Of a stretch of 64,000 nucleotides of DNA, positions 20,192 through 29,008 are shown one piece after another. Numbering within the stretch: the first letter of the stretch is position 1; each line of letters begins with the position of its first letter. Origin of the DNA: an uncultured Cytophagales bacterium (GTDB taxonomy: Bacteria; Bacteroidota; Bacteroidia; Cytophagales; Cyclobacteriaceae); assembly GCA_937869105.1 (NCBI GenBank), contig CALMKZ010000002.1, positions 4,499 through 68,498 of the forward strand, read 5' to 3'. The position numbers and the translations under genes are program-made. The notes under the pieces were generated by a model that saw only the letters and a program-made list of their open reading frames with translations, was not told where the DNA came from and ran no database searches.

Positions 20192-21607
20192 ATGGAAACC
20201 AGCGAATTTCGAAAAGCCGCCCACCAGTTGGTGGATTGGATGGCGGATTACATGGAAGGCACCCAGCAATACCCGGTGAAGCCAGCCATGCGCCCCGGCG
20301 ACATCAAGAAACAACTTCCAGCAGCAGCCCCGGAAAAACCCGAGTCTTTTGATCAGGTGTTTAAGGACTTCAATGAAATCGTGATGCCGGGAATGACCCA
20401 TTGGCAGCACCCCCGCTTCTTTGCCTACTTCCCTACTGGGGCCAGTGCGCCTTCGGTGCTTGCCGAAATGTTGAGCGCCACCCTGGGTGCACAGTGTATG
20501 ATCTGGCTTACATCACCGGCAGCCGAAGAAGTGGAAGAAAGAATGATGGAGTGGTTGCGTGACCTGCTTGGCTTGCCCAAAGAATTTGTTGGCGTGATTC
20601 AGGACAGCTCATCTTCAGCTACCCTGGTGGCTCTGCTGACTGCCCGTGAAAAACATGCGAACTACGAAATCAATCAAAAGGGATTTACCAACCAACGTTA
20701 CCGTGTGTATACTTCAACGCATGCACATTCTTCGGTAGACAAAGATGTGCGCATCGCGGGCATTGGCCTTGACAACCTGGTGAAGGTTGATGTGGATGCT
20801 GATTTTGCCATGAAACCAGATGCCCTTCGCGCAGCCATGGAGAAAGATGTAGCGCTGGGTTATCATCCACTCTGCGTTGTGTCCACCATCGGTTCTACGA
20901 GTTCAACAGCCATTGACCCGGTACATGCGATTGATGCGATCTGCAAGCAATTTGGTTGCTGGCACCACGTCGATGCTTCGTACGCAGGCACAGCGCTACT
21001 CCTGCCCGAAATGCGGTGGATGAGCAAAGGGGTTGAGGGGGTGGATAGCTTTGTGTTGAATCCCCATAAATGGATGTTCACCAACTTTGATTGCTCAGCG
21101 TATTATGTACGCGACAAACGGGCGCTGACCAACACTTTCAGTATCCTGCCCGAATACCTGAAGACACCCGAAGACCATCTTGTTAACAATTACCGCGATT
21201 GGGGCGTGCCCCTCGGGCGGCGGTTCCGGGCACTGAAACTCTGGTTCGTCATGCGCAGTTTTGGCGCTGAAGGCCTCCGCGAAAAGATACGGGAGCACAT
21301 CCGCTTCGGTCAGTGGCTGAAAGACAAAGTGGACAGTCTGCCCGATTTCGAACGCCTCGCACCGGTACCGCTCAACCTGGTCTGTTTCCGGTATCATCCC
21401 AAAGGCGTAACCGATGAAAAGAAACTGGACGAAATCAACATGCGGCTGCTCCAAACCCTGAACGACAGCGGCAAGGTTCTCCTGACCCAGACCAAACTCA
21501 ACAACCAATACACCTTGCGCTTTGTGGGCGGAAGCGAGCGATTAACCTTGGCTGATGTACAGGAAGGCTGGCAACTGGTTGAAACGACTGCCCATTCCAT
21601 CGCTTGA
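20192..21607 (+). CDS. Pyridoxal-dependent (group II, aromatic L-amino-acid type) decarboxylase
   Basis: 471 aa. Motifs seen: HPRFFAYFP, and NPHKW with the PLP-binding Lys. Confidence 0.85.
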   Translation: METSEFRKAAHQLVDWMADYMEGTQQYPVKPAMRPGDIKKQLPAAAPEKPESFDQVFKDFNEIVMPGMTHWQHPRFFAYFPTGASAPSVLAEMLSATLGAQCMIWLTSPAAEEVEERMMEWLRDLLGLPKEFVGVIQDSSSSATLVALLTAREKHANYEINQKGFTNQRYRVYTSTHAHSSVDKDVRIAGIGLDNLVKVDVDADFAMKPDALRAAMEKDVALGYHPLCVVSTIGSTSSTAIDPVHAIDAICKQFGCWHHVDASYAGTALLLPEMRWMSKGVEGVDSFVLNPHKWMFTNFDCSAYYVRDKRALTNTFSILPEYLKTPEDHLVNNYRDWGVPLGRRFRALKLWFVMRSFGAEGLREKIREHIRFGQWLKDKVDSLPDFERLAPVPLNLVCFRYHPKGVTDEKKLDEINMRLLQTLNDSGKVLLTQTKLNNQYTLRFVGGSERLTLADVQEGWQLVETTAHSIA

Positions 21608-21734
21608 TTCCTTTGAAAGGCTTTTTGATGCAGGCCTTTCAACTGAATCAAAACTGTTCTATTTTTCGGAAAATCGGTTTTTCCGATATCAACCAATATT
21701 CGGTATATCCTTATTCATCGTTACCCCACCTGAC

Positions 21735-24434
21735 TTGAGAAGGCTTCTATTCTTATTCTGCTTATTCATTGGGACTACAGCGTTCTCCCAATCGGTGCTC
21801 GACCTTAAGCTTGATGGTTCCGAAAAGGGCAAGCGCCTGGATTTATATCTGCAGGAACTGGAAAAGACACATCCAGTCCGCTTTTACTTCATCGAAGACT
21901 GGATTTCTAACCTCGCCGTTAAGGATGGATCTGCAGGAATGACCTTGCGCGAAGTCCTGTACGACCTGTTCCTTGGCTCAGACATTAATTATATAGAAGT
22001 CAATCCCAACACCATTGTGCTGGTCAAGGATCCGGCGCAGGCCCTGCAACGCAATACCATAATAAATGCGGCCGTCCGTAGCCAGAAGAAAATCGAAAAG
22101 ATGGTTTTTGGCACTAAGGCCAACACCAATCCCAGGCAAAAAGTCACCTTTTCAGGAATTATTACCGACTCCAAATCCCGCGACCCGCTAGTAGGCGCCA
22201 GCGTAGTGGCCAGTGATATTCAGGTGGGCGGAGTCACCAACGTTGAGGGTAAATTTGAATTGCGTTTGCCGGTTGGATCGCACGTGATCAATTTCAACTA
22301 TGTGAATTTCGAAGAACGGGTGATCGACCTTGAAATCTATGCCGACGGTTCGGTAAAGATCGAAATGGAAGAAACGCCCACCGTACTTGACGAAGTAGTT
22401 ATTCAGGACCGGTCGGCGCGGGAAATTACAACCAGCGGTATCGGCCAGACGCAGATCAGCATGAAAGAAGTGAAGCGAGCCCCGGCCCTGCTTGGTGAGG
22501 TCGACCTCATCAAACAGATTCAGGTGCTGCCTGGTGTAACCACCGTAGGAGAAGCTGCTTCCGGCTTCAACGTGCGCGGTGGTGGCGTAGATCAGAATCT
22601 TATTCTGTATGATGGTTTGCCCGTATTCAACAGTTCTCACGTGTTTGGCTTCTTTTCGTCGTTTAACTCAGAAGCCATACGCGATGTTACCTTCTATCGC
22701 GGGGGTATCCCTGCCGAATTTGGCGGACGGGTTTCTTCGGTATTGGACATCCGGTCAAAAGAAGGAAGCTATGAAAAATGGGGCGCCAGTGGCGGTATCG
22801 GGATGATTTCCAGCAACCTGATGGTGAATGGACCGATTGTCAAGGATAAAACATCCATTGCTGTATCTGCACGGACCACCTATTCGGATTACCTGATCAA
22901 TACCATCAAGAGCAACTATGTTAACCTGAACAAGAGCAGCGTTTCTTTCTATGACGCTACCGCCAAGGTTACTCACCTCTTTAGTGAACGCACCAAGCTG
23001 ACTGCCTCGGGTTATATTAGCCATGACCAGTTCAGGCTGGCCGGAGACTCCACGTACAGCTGGGACAGCAAAATGGCCAGCGTTCGCCTCGACCATGAAT
23101 TCTCTAAATCATTCAGCGGCTCACTGATGGCCGGATACGGAAGCTATGGGTATGAAGTATCCGATAAAGATCCGTTGGCCGGATTCAATTTGAACTACAA
23201 GATCAATTATCCTTCGGCCAAGCTGGATTTCCACATCAATCGCGAAAAGCACAAGATTGGCTTTGGTGCGCAATCGACCTACTACGATTTCAATCCAGGA
23301 ACATTTAGCCCATCATCGGCTGAATCAAACAAGAAATTTGTTCAGATGGACGTGCAGAAGTCGCTTGAGTCTGGATTGTTTATTGCAGATCAATTCGACC
23401 TGTTCAAGCGCATGCACATCGATGCCGGACTGCGGTTCTCTGTATTTAATTCCCTCGGTCCTGCCAATGTAAATATCTATGCTCCCGGTGGTCCGCGAGA
23501 AACCCTCAGCCTGATCGATACCGTGCGGTATGGCAGTGGCCAAACTGTAAAGTCATTTTACAACTGGGAACCGCGACTTGGACTCCGGTATGAATTATCG
23601 CAGGATGCCTCCATCAAGCTTGGTTACAACCGGGTGTTCCAGTACCTGCACCTGGTTACCAACACTACCGCCGTGACGCCCGTAGACATCTGGCAACCAA
23701 GTGGACCCTACTTCAAACCCCAGATGGCCGATCAGGTATCGTTGGGTTACTTCCGGAACTTCAAAGACCGGAAATATGAGACATTCATTGAAGGGTATTA
23801 CAAAATCATAGAAAACGTACTCGACTTTAAGGATGGCGCTTCACTCATTTTGAATCCGCAGATTGAAACTGCGTTGTTACAGGGCAAAGCCCGCGCTTAT
23901 GGAGCGGAGTTTCAGATTTCAAAAACCCAGGGTCGCATGGTGGGATCGATCAGTTATGCGTATTCCCGTTCACTTCGCACCATCCAAGGCCTTTATCCTA
24001 CGGAGACCATTAACAATGGAAAAGAATATGCTTCCAACTATGACCAGCCCCATGTGGTGAACCTGAACTGGAAATACAATATCACCCGACGGTTCTTCTT
24101 TACTGGTGGTTTTACCTACCGCACCGGGCGACCCATCACCTTGCCACTGTCAGCATTTACAGTAGATAACTTTACCGTCTCCTCATTCTCAGACCGCAAC
24201 CAGTTCCGTATTCCGGATTATCACCGGCTAGACCTTGCTTTGGTTATAGAGGGCAACCACAAACGCAAGAAGTTCTGGGACGGCACCTGGACCATTTCCA
24301 TTTACAATGTGTATGGAAGAAAGAATCCGTATACTATCTTCTTTAAGGAAGTTCGACCGGGTATCCTGAGACCTTATCGCCTTGCCATCATCGGCACTGC
24401 ACTTCCTTCCATCTCTTACAGCTTTAAGATCTAA
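21735..24434 (+). CDS. TonB-dependent receptor with N-terminal STN-like and CarboxypepD_reg domains
   Basis: Motifs seen: GIITDSKSRDPLVGASVV...NVEGKFEL, and a plug region (LPGV...GFNVRGG...LILYDGLPV). The C-terminal beta-barrel ends in F-x-I. I infer the start at the in-frame TTG at 21735 (LRRLLFLFCLFIGTTAFSQ signal peptide), because the longest ORF (21555) overlaps the decarboxylase. Confidence 0.8.
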   Translation: MRRLLFLFCLFIGTTAFSQSVLDLKLDGSEKGKRLDLYLQELEKTHPVRFYFIEDWISNLAVKDGSAGMTLREVLYDLFLGSDINYIEVNPNTIVLVKDPAQALQRNTIINAAVRSQKKIEKMVFGTKANTNPRQKVTFSGIITDSKSRDPLVGASVVASDIQVGGVTNVEGKFELRLPVGSHVINFNYVNFEERVIDLEIYADGSVKIEMEETPTVLDEVVIQDRSAREITTSGIGQTQISMKEVKRAPALLGEVDLIKQIQVLPGVTTVGEAASGFNVRGGGVDQNLILYDGLPVFNSSHVFGFFSSFNSEAIRDVTFYRGGIPAEFGGRVSSVLDIRSKEGSYEKWGASGGIGMISSNLMVNGPIVKDKTSIAVSARTTYSDYLINTIKSNYVNLNKSSVSFYDATAKVTHLFSERTKLTASGYISHDQFRLAGDSTYSWDSKMASVRLDHEFSKSFSGSLMAGYGSYGYEVSDKDPLAGFNLNYKINYPSAKLDFHINREKHKIGFGAQSTYYDFNPGTFSPSSAESNKKFVQMDVQKSLESGLFIADQFDLFKRMHIDAGLRFSVFNSLGPANVNIYAPGGPRETLSLIDTVRYGSGQTVKSFYNWEPRLGLRYELSQDASIKLGYNRVFQYLHLVTNTTAVTPVDIWQPSGPYFKPQMADQVSLGYFRNFKDRKYETFIEGYYKIIENVLDFKDGASLILNPQIETALLQGKARAYGAEFQISKTQGRMVGSISYAYSRSLRTIQGLYPTETINNGKEYASNYDQPHVVNLNWKYNITRRFFFTGGFTYRTGRPITLPLSAFTVDNFTVSSFSDRNQFRIPDYHRLDLALVIEGNHKRKKFWDGTWTISIYNVYGRKNPYTIFFKEVRPGILRPYRLAIIGTALPSISYSFKI

Positions 24435-24440
24435 GTGCCC

Positions 24441-25544
24441 ATGCACCGTTTTCGCTCAATTTCCATTGTCCTGATATTGCTATGCGCGGCCTGCGTGGAT
24501 CGAATCATCATTGACACCGGCACGGTGGCCAACTATGCCATTGTAATCGATGGTTTTATCTCCGACCAGCCGGGGCCTTACACCATTCAGGTTACCAAGG
24601 CATTTGATATCGAGTCCAAGCAATCCATCAAGACTCCCATCAACCTCAAGAAACTCACCATTTCCGATAATGCGGGCAATAAGGAAGACCTGTCCAACCC
24701 TTCTACCGGAGTGTATCGTACGGCAGCGAATGGCATCCGCGGGGTAGTGGGCCGTGCATATAAGATACGCCTCGAGTTGCTCGATGGCAGGATTTATGAA
24801 TCCATTCCAGATACCCTGCAGTCTGCCGGGTCGATTGACAAAGTGTACACGAAGTTTCGCGAGGATACCAATAACGATGGCTCATCAAAGTATGGGTTTG
24901 ATGTGTTGTTCAATTCCACGGCAGGTTCAAAGAAGAGCTACTTCTTTCTATGGAAATTCGTAGGCACGTTTCAGGCGGAGACTGTTCCTTCACTACATAC
25001 GGAAACCTGCGGCGAAAGCAGTTGCCCCCGGCCTCCTGCTTGCAGCGGATTTAACACCTCCCTGGAGCAGATTGGACCTTGTACCTGTTGCTCCTGCTGG
25101 TATGACTTTTTTAATACAGAATTGGTCCTTTCGGAAGGGCAATTTGTAAAGGACGGAGTGTACACCGGTGTGCAGGCCAATTACGTGCCGGTGAACCAAT
25201 GGACCTTCCTGCACAAGGTGCATGCGGAGGTACAACAATTCAGTCTGTCCCGACAGTCCTATGAATTCTGGAAAGGAGTGAAAGCCCAGAAGAGTGCATC
25301 ATCCAGTTTATTTCAACCCATCACTGGCAAAGTGGCTGGGAACTTCGTTCAAATCAACGGCCCGGAGGCACCCATTGATGGGTTATTTTATGCCACCTCC
25401 ATTGTGAAGGCCAGCACATTCATTACGCGCGATGATGTGCCGCTGAAGAACATCATCCCCGATGTGTCATTGCCTTTCACTGATGATTGCCGCAAGTTGT
25501 TTCCCAACGCAACAACGATTAAGCCGGCGTACTGGACCGACTGA
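24441..25544 (+). CDS. DUF4249-like lipoprotein, paralog 1
   Basis: Has a lipobox (ILLCAAC). Motifs seen: VIDGFISDQPGPYTIQV and a Cys-rich CGESSCPRPPACSG...CTCCSCWY block. It lies directly after the TonB receptor. Confidence 0.6.
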   Translation: MHRFRSISIVLILLCAACVDRIIIDTGTVANYAIVIDGFISDQPGPYTIQVTKAFDIESKQSIKTPINLKKLTISDNAGNKEDLSNPSTGVYRTAANGIRGVVGRAYKIRLELLDGRIYESIPDTLQSAGSIDKVYTKFREDTNNDGSSKYGFDVLFNSTAGSKKSYFFLWKFVGTFQAETVPSLHTETCGESSCPRPPACSGFNTSLEQIGPCTCCSCWYDFFNTELVLSEGQFVKDGVYTGVQANYVPVNQWTFLHKVHAEVQQFSLSRQSYEFWKGVKAQKSASSSLFQPITGKVAGNFVQINGPEAPIDGLFYATSIVKASTFITRDDVPLKNIIPDVSLPFTDDCRKLFPNATTIKPAYWTD

Positions 25545-25610
25545 TAAAAACCACCCCATTGGGTGTATCCGGCGGTGAACCATGAATTTTAAATTTGCAG
25601 CTCGACCACT

Positions 25611-26732
25611 ATGAGGATTATTTCGCTGCTGCTCGTATTCATTGGCCTGGTGATGGTCACCTGCATTGATCCGCTGGATATTTCGATTCCTTTGCCTGCC
25701 ACTTTTCCACTCGCCATCGACGGATATATTTCTGATAATCCCGGGCCCTACGAAGTCAGGCTCAATCTCTCCTTCGACGTACAATCCAGTCTCGTATTCA
25801 AATCCACTTTCTCGGCGCAGCGCGTCACCATGTTTGACAATGTGGGCAATAGCGAGGTGCTCACACAGGTTGCCCCTGGCGTCTACCGCACCGGGACCAA
25901 AGCGAATAGCATGCGCGGTATTCTGGGCAGGGCCTATCATATTAAGGTGGAGTTGCTGGACGGCCGTGTATATGAGTCTGTGCCGGACACCCTTATGAGA
26001 CCGGGAAAGGTAGACAGTGTCTATTATACCTATCATACTACTGTGACCGAGGATGGCAGGATGCAGCAGGGGCTCGATATTTTGTTCGACTCCTCACCTG
26101 AACAAGGCAGCAATTTCCGTTTCATGTGGAAGTTTCGTGGCACCTTTCAGATCGAAACCAATCCTGAACTATATGACACTATTTGTGCAGATGGTCGATG
26201 TCCAAAGCCACTCCAATGTAGCGGATGGCGCCTGGATGATTCATCACGCATGAGGAAAGTACGATCCTGCACCTGCTGCCAATGCTGGGCTACCATGGTA
26301 AATCCCGATCTCGTATTGAGCGAAAATCAGTTTGTGAATGGCGGGCGTTTCAAAGGAATCAAGGTAGGATATATGCCGGTGGATGAATTTACCTTCATGC
26401 ATAAAGTGCATGCGGAAGTACAACAACTAAGTCTATCCGATCGTGCATTCCGCTTCTGGAAAGCTGTGAACGATCAGCGTAAAGGAACGGGTAGTTTGTT
26501 TCAACCCATCACCGGCAAAGTGCAGGGCAACTTTGTGCAGACCGCTGGTAATCCGGCAGCCATTGAAGGCCTATTCTATGCTGCTTCCATTTCTAAACAT
26601 GCTTTGTTTATAGATCGGCTGGACCTGGAGAAATATGTTATCCTCACACAACCTGATCTTCCCTACAAAAATAGTTGCCTGAAGAAGTACGGTAATTCAA
26701 GTACCACGAAGCCTGAATATTGGGTAGATTAG
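25611..26732 (+). CDS. DUF4249-like lipoprotein, paralog 2
   Basis: Collinear with paralog 1 (AIDGYISDNPGPYEVRL, CADGRCPKPLQCSG...CTCCQCW, SLFQPITGKVQGNFVQ). Confidence 0.6.
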   Translation: MRIISLLLVFIGLVMVTCIDPLDISIPLPATFPLAIDGYISDNPGPYEVRLNLSFDVQSSLVFKSTFSAQRVTMFDNVGNSEVLTQVAPGVYRTGTKANSMRGILGRAYHIKVELLDGRVYESVPDTLMRPGKVDSVYYTYHTTVTEDGRMQQGLDILFDSSPEQGSNFRFMWKFRGTFQIETNPELYDTICADGRCPKPLQCSGWRLDDSSRMRKVRSCTCCQCWATMVNPDLVLSENQFVNGGRFKGIKVGYMPVDEFTFMHKVHAEVQQLSLSDRAFRFWKAVNDQRKGTGSLFQPITGKVQGNFVQTAGNPAAIEGLFYAASISKHALFIDRLDLEKYVILTQPDLPYKNSCLKKYGNSSTTKPEYWVD

Positions 26733-26796
26733 CGGAACGGAATCTGTTGCAATGTGGCGGAAATAAGGCCACGGATGATTGTGCCCAGTGATCGAA

Positions 26797-27942
26797 ATGA
26801 ACAAGTCTTTACAATCCATTCTACTTTTCTTTACCCTGATCTCTTGCGTTGATGCGATTTTCTTTGATACAGGCCGTCTGGAAGATTTGCCGTTGGTAAT
26901 AGATGGTCACATCACCGATCTTCCAGGTCCCTACACAGTACAGGTCAGCAGTTCATTCGATATTGATGCGAAAGTATCCACTCGCATCGCCGAAAATGTC
27001 AAGCGTATAACCATTTCTGATAATGTCGGTACCGTGGAGGACCTTGTGCCTCAGGGAGAGGGTGTCTATAAGACGGCTTCCATTCAAGGAGTGGTCGGAA
27101 GGGTATACACCCTGCAGGTTGAACTGAACAACGGCAAGGTTTACGAATCCTTCGCGGATACCCTTTTGCATGCCGGTAACCTGGACAGCATCTACTATGA
27201 ATTAAACGAAACTGGAAACGGACTCTATGCCACATCCAGCGGCTGGGGTTTTGATGTTCTTGCCAACGCCAATTCAGGTCTTGCATCCACCAATGCTTTT
27301 TTGTGGACGACCAAAGGAACGTTTCAGGTTGACACGCATCCAGAACTTGTGAATCAGGCCAAGAGCAAATGCTATGTACAGGATAATAATCAGTGCAGTT
27401 TCGTTCCTCCTTGTTCTGGTTTGTACAATACAGGCACCAGCCGATCGCCAAACTACGCCCAGGTAAAACCGTGTTCCTGTTGCACGTGTTGGTACGATTT
27501 GTACAATGGCAGGTTGGTGTTGAGTGATAATTCATTCAGGCATGGTGCCTCCAGGTTTCAAGCAGTCCCCGTTTACCGGGTGCCAGTCAGTCCGTTACTG
27601 CTCATGCACAAGATGTATGTTCATGTTACCATGCTCACACTCAGTCAGCAATCCTACCGGTTTTGGAAAGTCATCAAAAATCAACAGGAGGCCGTTGGTA
27701 GTATCTTTCAACCCATTACCGGAAAAATTGCCACACAGTTCAAGCAGATCAGTGGATCACCTACACCAGTAACTGGCATTTTTTATGCGGCCGGTGCGCG
27801 ACAATTGCGCATGGTCATCACACGAGATATGGTGGTACCGACATCCTTGTTTACCCCCATTCCGTTAGGAGGTACAGACCTGAGTTGTTTCGATTTGTAC
27901 CCCAATGCCACCAATGTCAAACCGGATTTCTGGGTAGATTAG
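26797..27942 (+). CDS. DUF4249-like lipoprotein, paralog 3
   Basis: Starts at the ATG at 26797 (MNKSLQSILLFFTLISC). Motifs seen: VIDGHITDLPGPYTVQV, CSCCTCWY, IFQPITGKIATQF. Confidence 0.6.
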   Translation: MNKSLQSILLFFTLISCVDAIFFDTGRLEDLPLVIDGHITDLPGPYTVQVSSSFDIDAKVSTRIAENVKRITISDNVGTVEDLVPQGEGVYKTASIQGVVGRVYTLQVELNNGKVYESFADTLLHAGNLDSIYYELNETGNGLYATSSGWGFDVLANANSGLASTNAFLWTTKGTFQVDTHPELVNQAKSKCYVQDNNQCSFVPPCSGLYNTGTSRSPNYAQVKPCSCCTCWYDLYNGRLVLSDNSFRHGASRFQAVPVYRVPVSPLLLMHKMYVHVTMLTLSQQSYRFWKVIKNQQEAVGSIFQPITGKIATQFKQISGSPTPVTGIFYAAGARQLRMVITRDMVVPTSLFTPIPLGGTDLSCFDLYPNATNVKPDFWVD

Positions 27943-27946
27943 TGAC

Positions 27947-28963
27947 ATGTTTTGCCGAAGCACATTCACGGGAATACTACTCATCATCGGTTGCGCCGCC
28001 TGTGTTGATCGGATCACCATACCCGTTCCTACCCCGGCTGCTTATCCGGTTGTCATTGATGGTTTTATTTCAGACGAACCCGGACCCTACCTGATCAAAG
28101 TAACCCAAGCCTTTGATATTGAATCCAAATCATCATTCCGAATACCCATATCAGTAAAATCGATGACCCTTCGCGACAACCAGGGAATAACGGACGTTCT
28201 GACAGAAAAGGGGAACAAAGGATTCTATTATACCAATTTCATTACCGGCGTGGTGGGACGGGTGTACACATTGCACATTGAACTGCTAGACGGCCGTATC
28301 TACGAATCCAAACCAGACACCCTCTACCCCTCTGGCGTTGTTGAAAAAGTATACTACACCTTCCGCCAGACCCAAAGATCCAATGGCACCACGGAGTACG
28401 GATATGACATTTACTTTGATGCGACGTCCGGAAGCCGCAACCACTACAACTTCCTCTGGAAATTTAACGGACTTTATCAAACGGACATTCCGTGCTGCAC
28501 CTGTCTCGCAGATCTGGTGAACCCGGTACCTGTCGTGAGCAATGATCAACTGGTTCACGAAGGCCAATTCAAAGGCGTTAAGGCGATGTATGTTCCCGTC
28601 ACCGGCTGGACCTTTCAACATGGCGTTTATGCCAAAGTAAGTCAGCGCAGTCTTTCACGACAAGCCTACGACTTCTGGAGAATCGTGGGCGCGCAGCTAA
28701 CCGGTACCACGAGTTTATTCCAACCCATCACGGGTAAGGTGCCAAACAACTTTACACAAATTGCCGGTCAAGAGACCCCGCTATATGGGTTATTTTATGC
28801 CACATCTTCGAACTCCAATGGCATCTATATAGACAAGAGCGACGTTCCCAGGCCTGAATACATTCCGGTACTGCAATTGTCGCCTGCGACTGCCAATTAC
28901 GATCCTACCAAAAATACCTGCCAGGGTCTATTCCCAAACTCAATTACCCTGAGCGGCGGATAG
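27947..28963 (+). CDS. DUF4249-like lipoprotein, paralog 4 (shortened Cys-rich region)
   Basis: Motifs seen: VIDGFISDEPGPYLIKV and SLFQPITGKVPNNFTQ. The central Cys block is reduced to PCCTC. Confidence 0.6.
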   Translation: MFCRSTFTGILLIIGCAACVDRITIPVPTPAAYPVVIDGFISDEPGPYLIKVTQAFDIESKSSFRIPISVKSMTLRDNQGITDVLTEKGNKGFYYTNFITGVVGRVYTLHIELLDGRIYESKPDTLYPSGVVEKVYYTFRQTQRSNGTTEYGYDIYFDATSGSRNHYNFLWKFNGLYQTDIPCCTCLADLVNPVPVVSNDQLVHEGQFKGVKAMYVPVTGWTFQHGVYAKVSQRSLSRQAYDFWRIVGAQLTGTTSLFQPITGKVPNNFTQIAGQETPLYGLFYATSSNSNGIYIDKSDVPRPEYIPVLQLSPATANYDPTKNTCQGLFPNSITLSGG

Positions 28964-29008
28964 GCTGCGGCACTTATTTTATTTAACTTGAATCCGATTT
29001 TTTAACGC

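Noticed and set aside
21555-21734. Long N-terminal extension of the TonB receptor ORF overlapping the decarboxylase 3' end
   Set aside because: The extension has no signal peptide. An in-frame TTG at 21735 is followed directly by a typical signal sequence, so the overlap is probably an artefact of longest-ORF calling.
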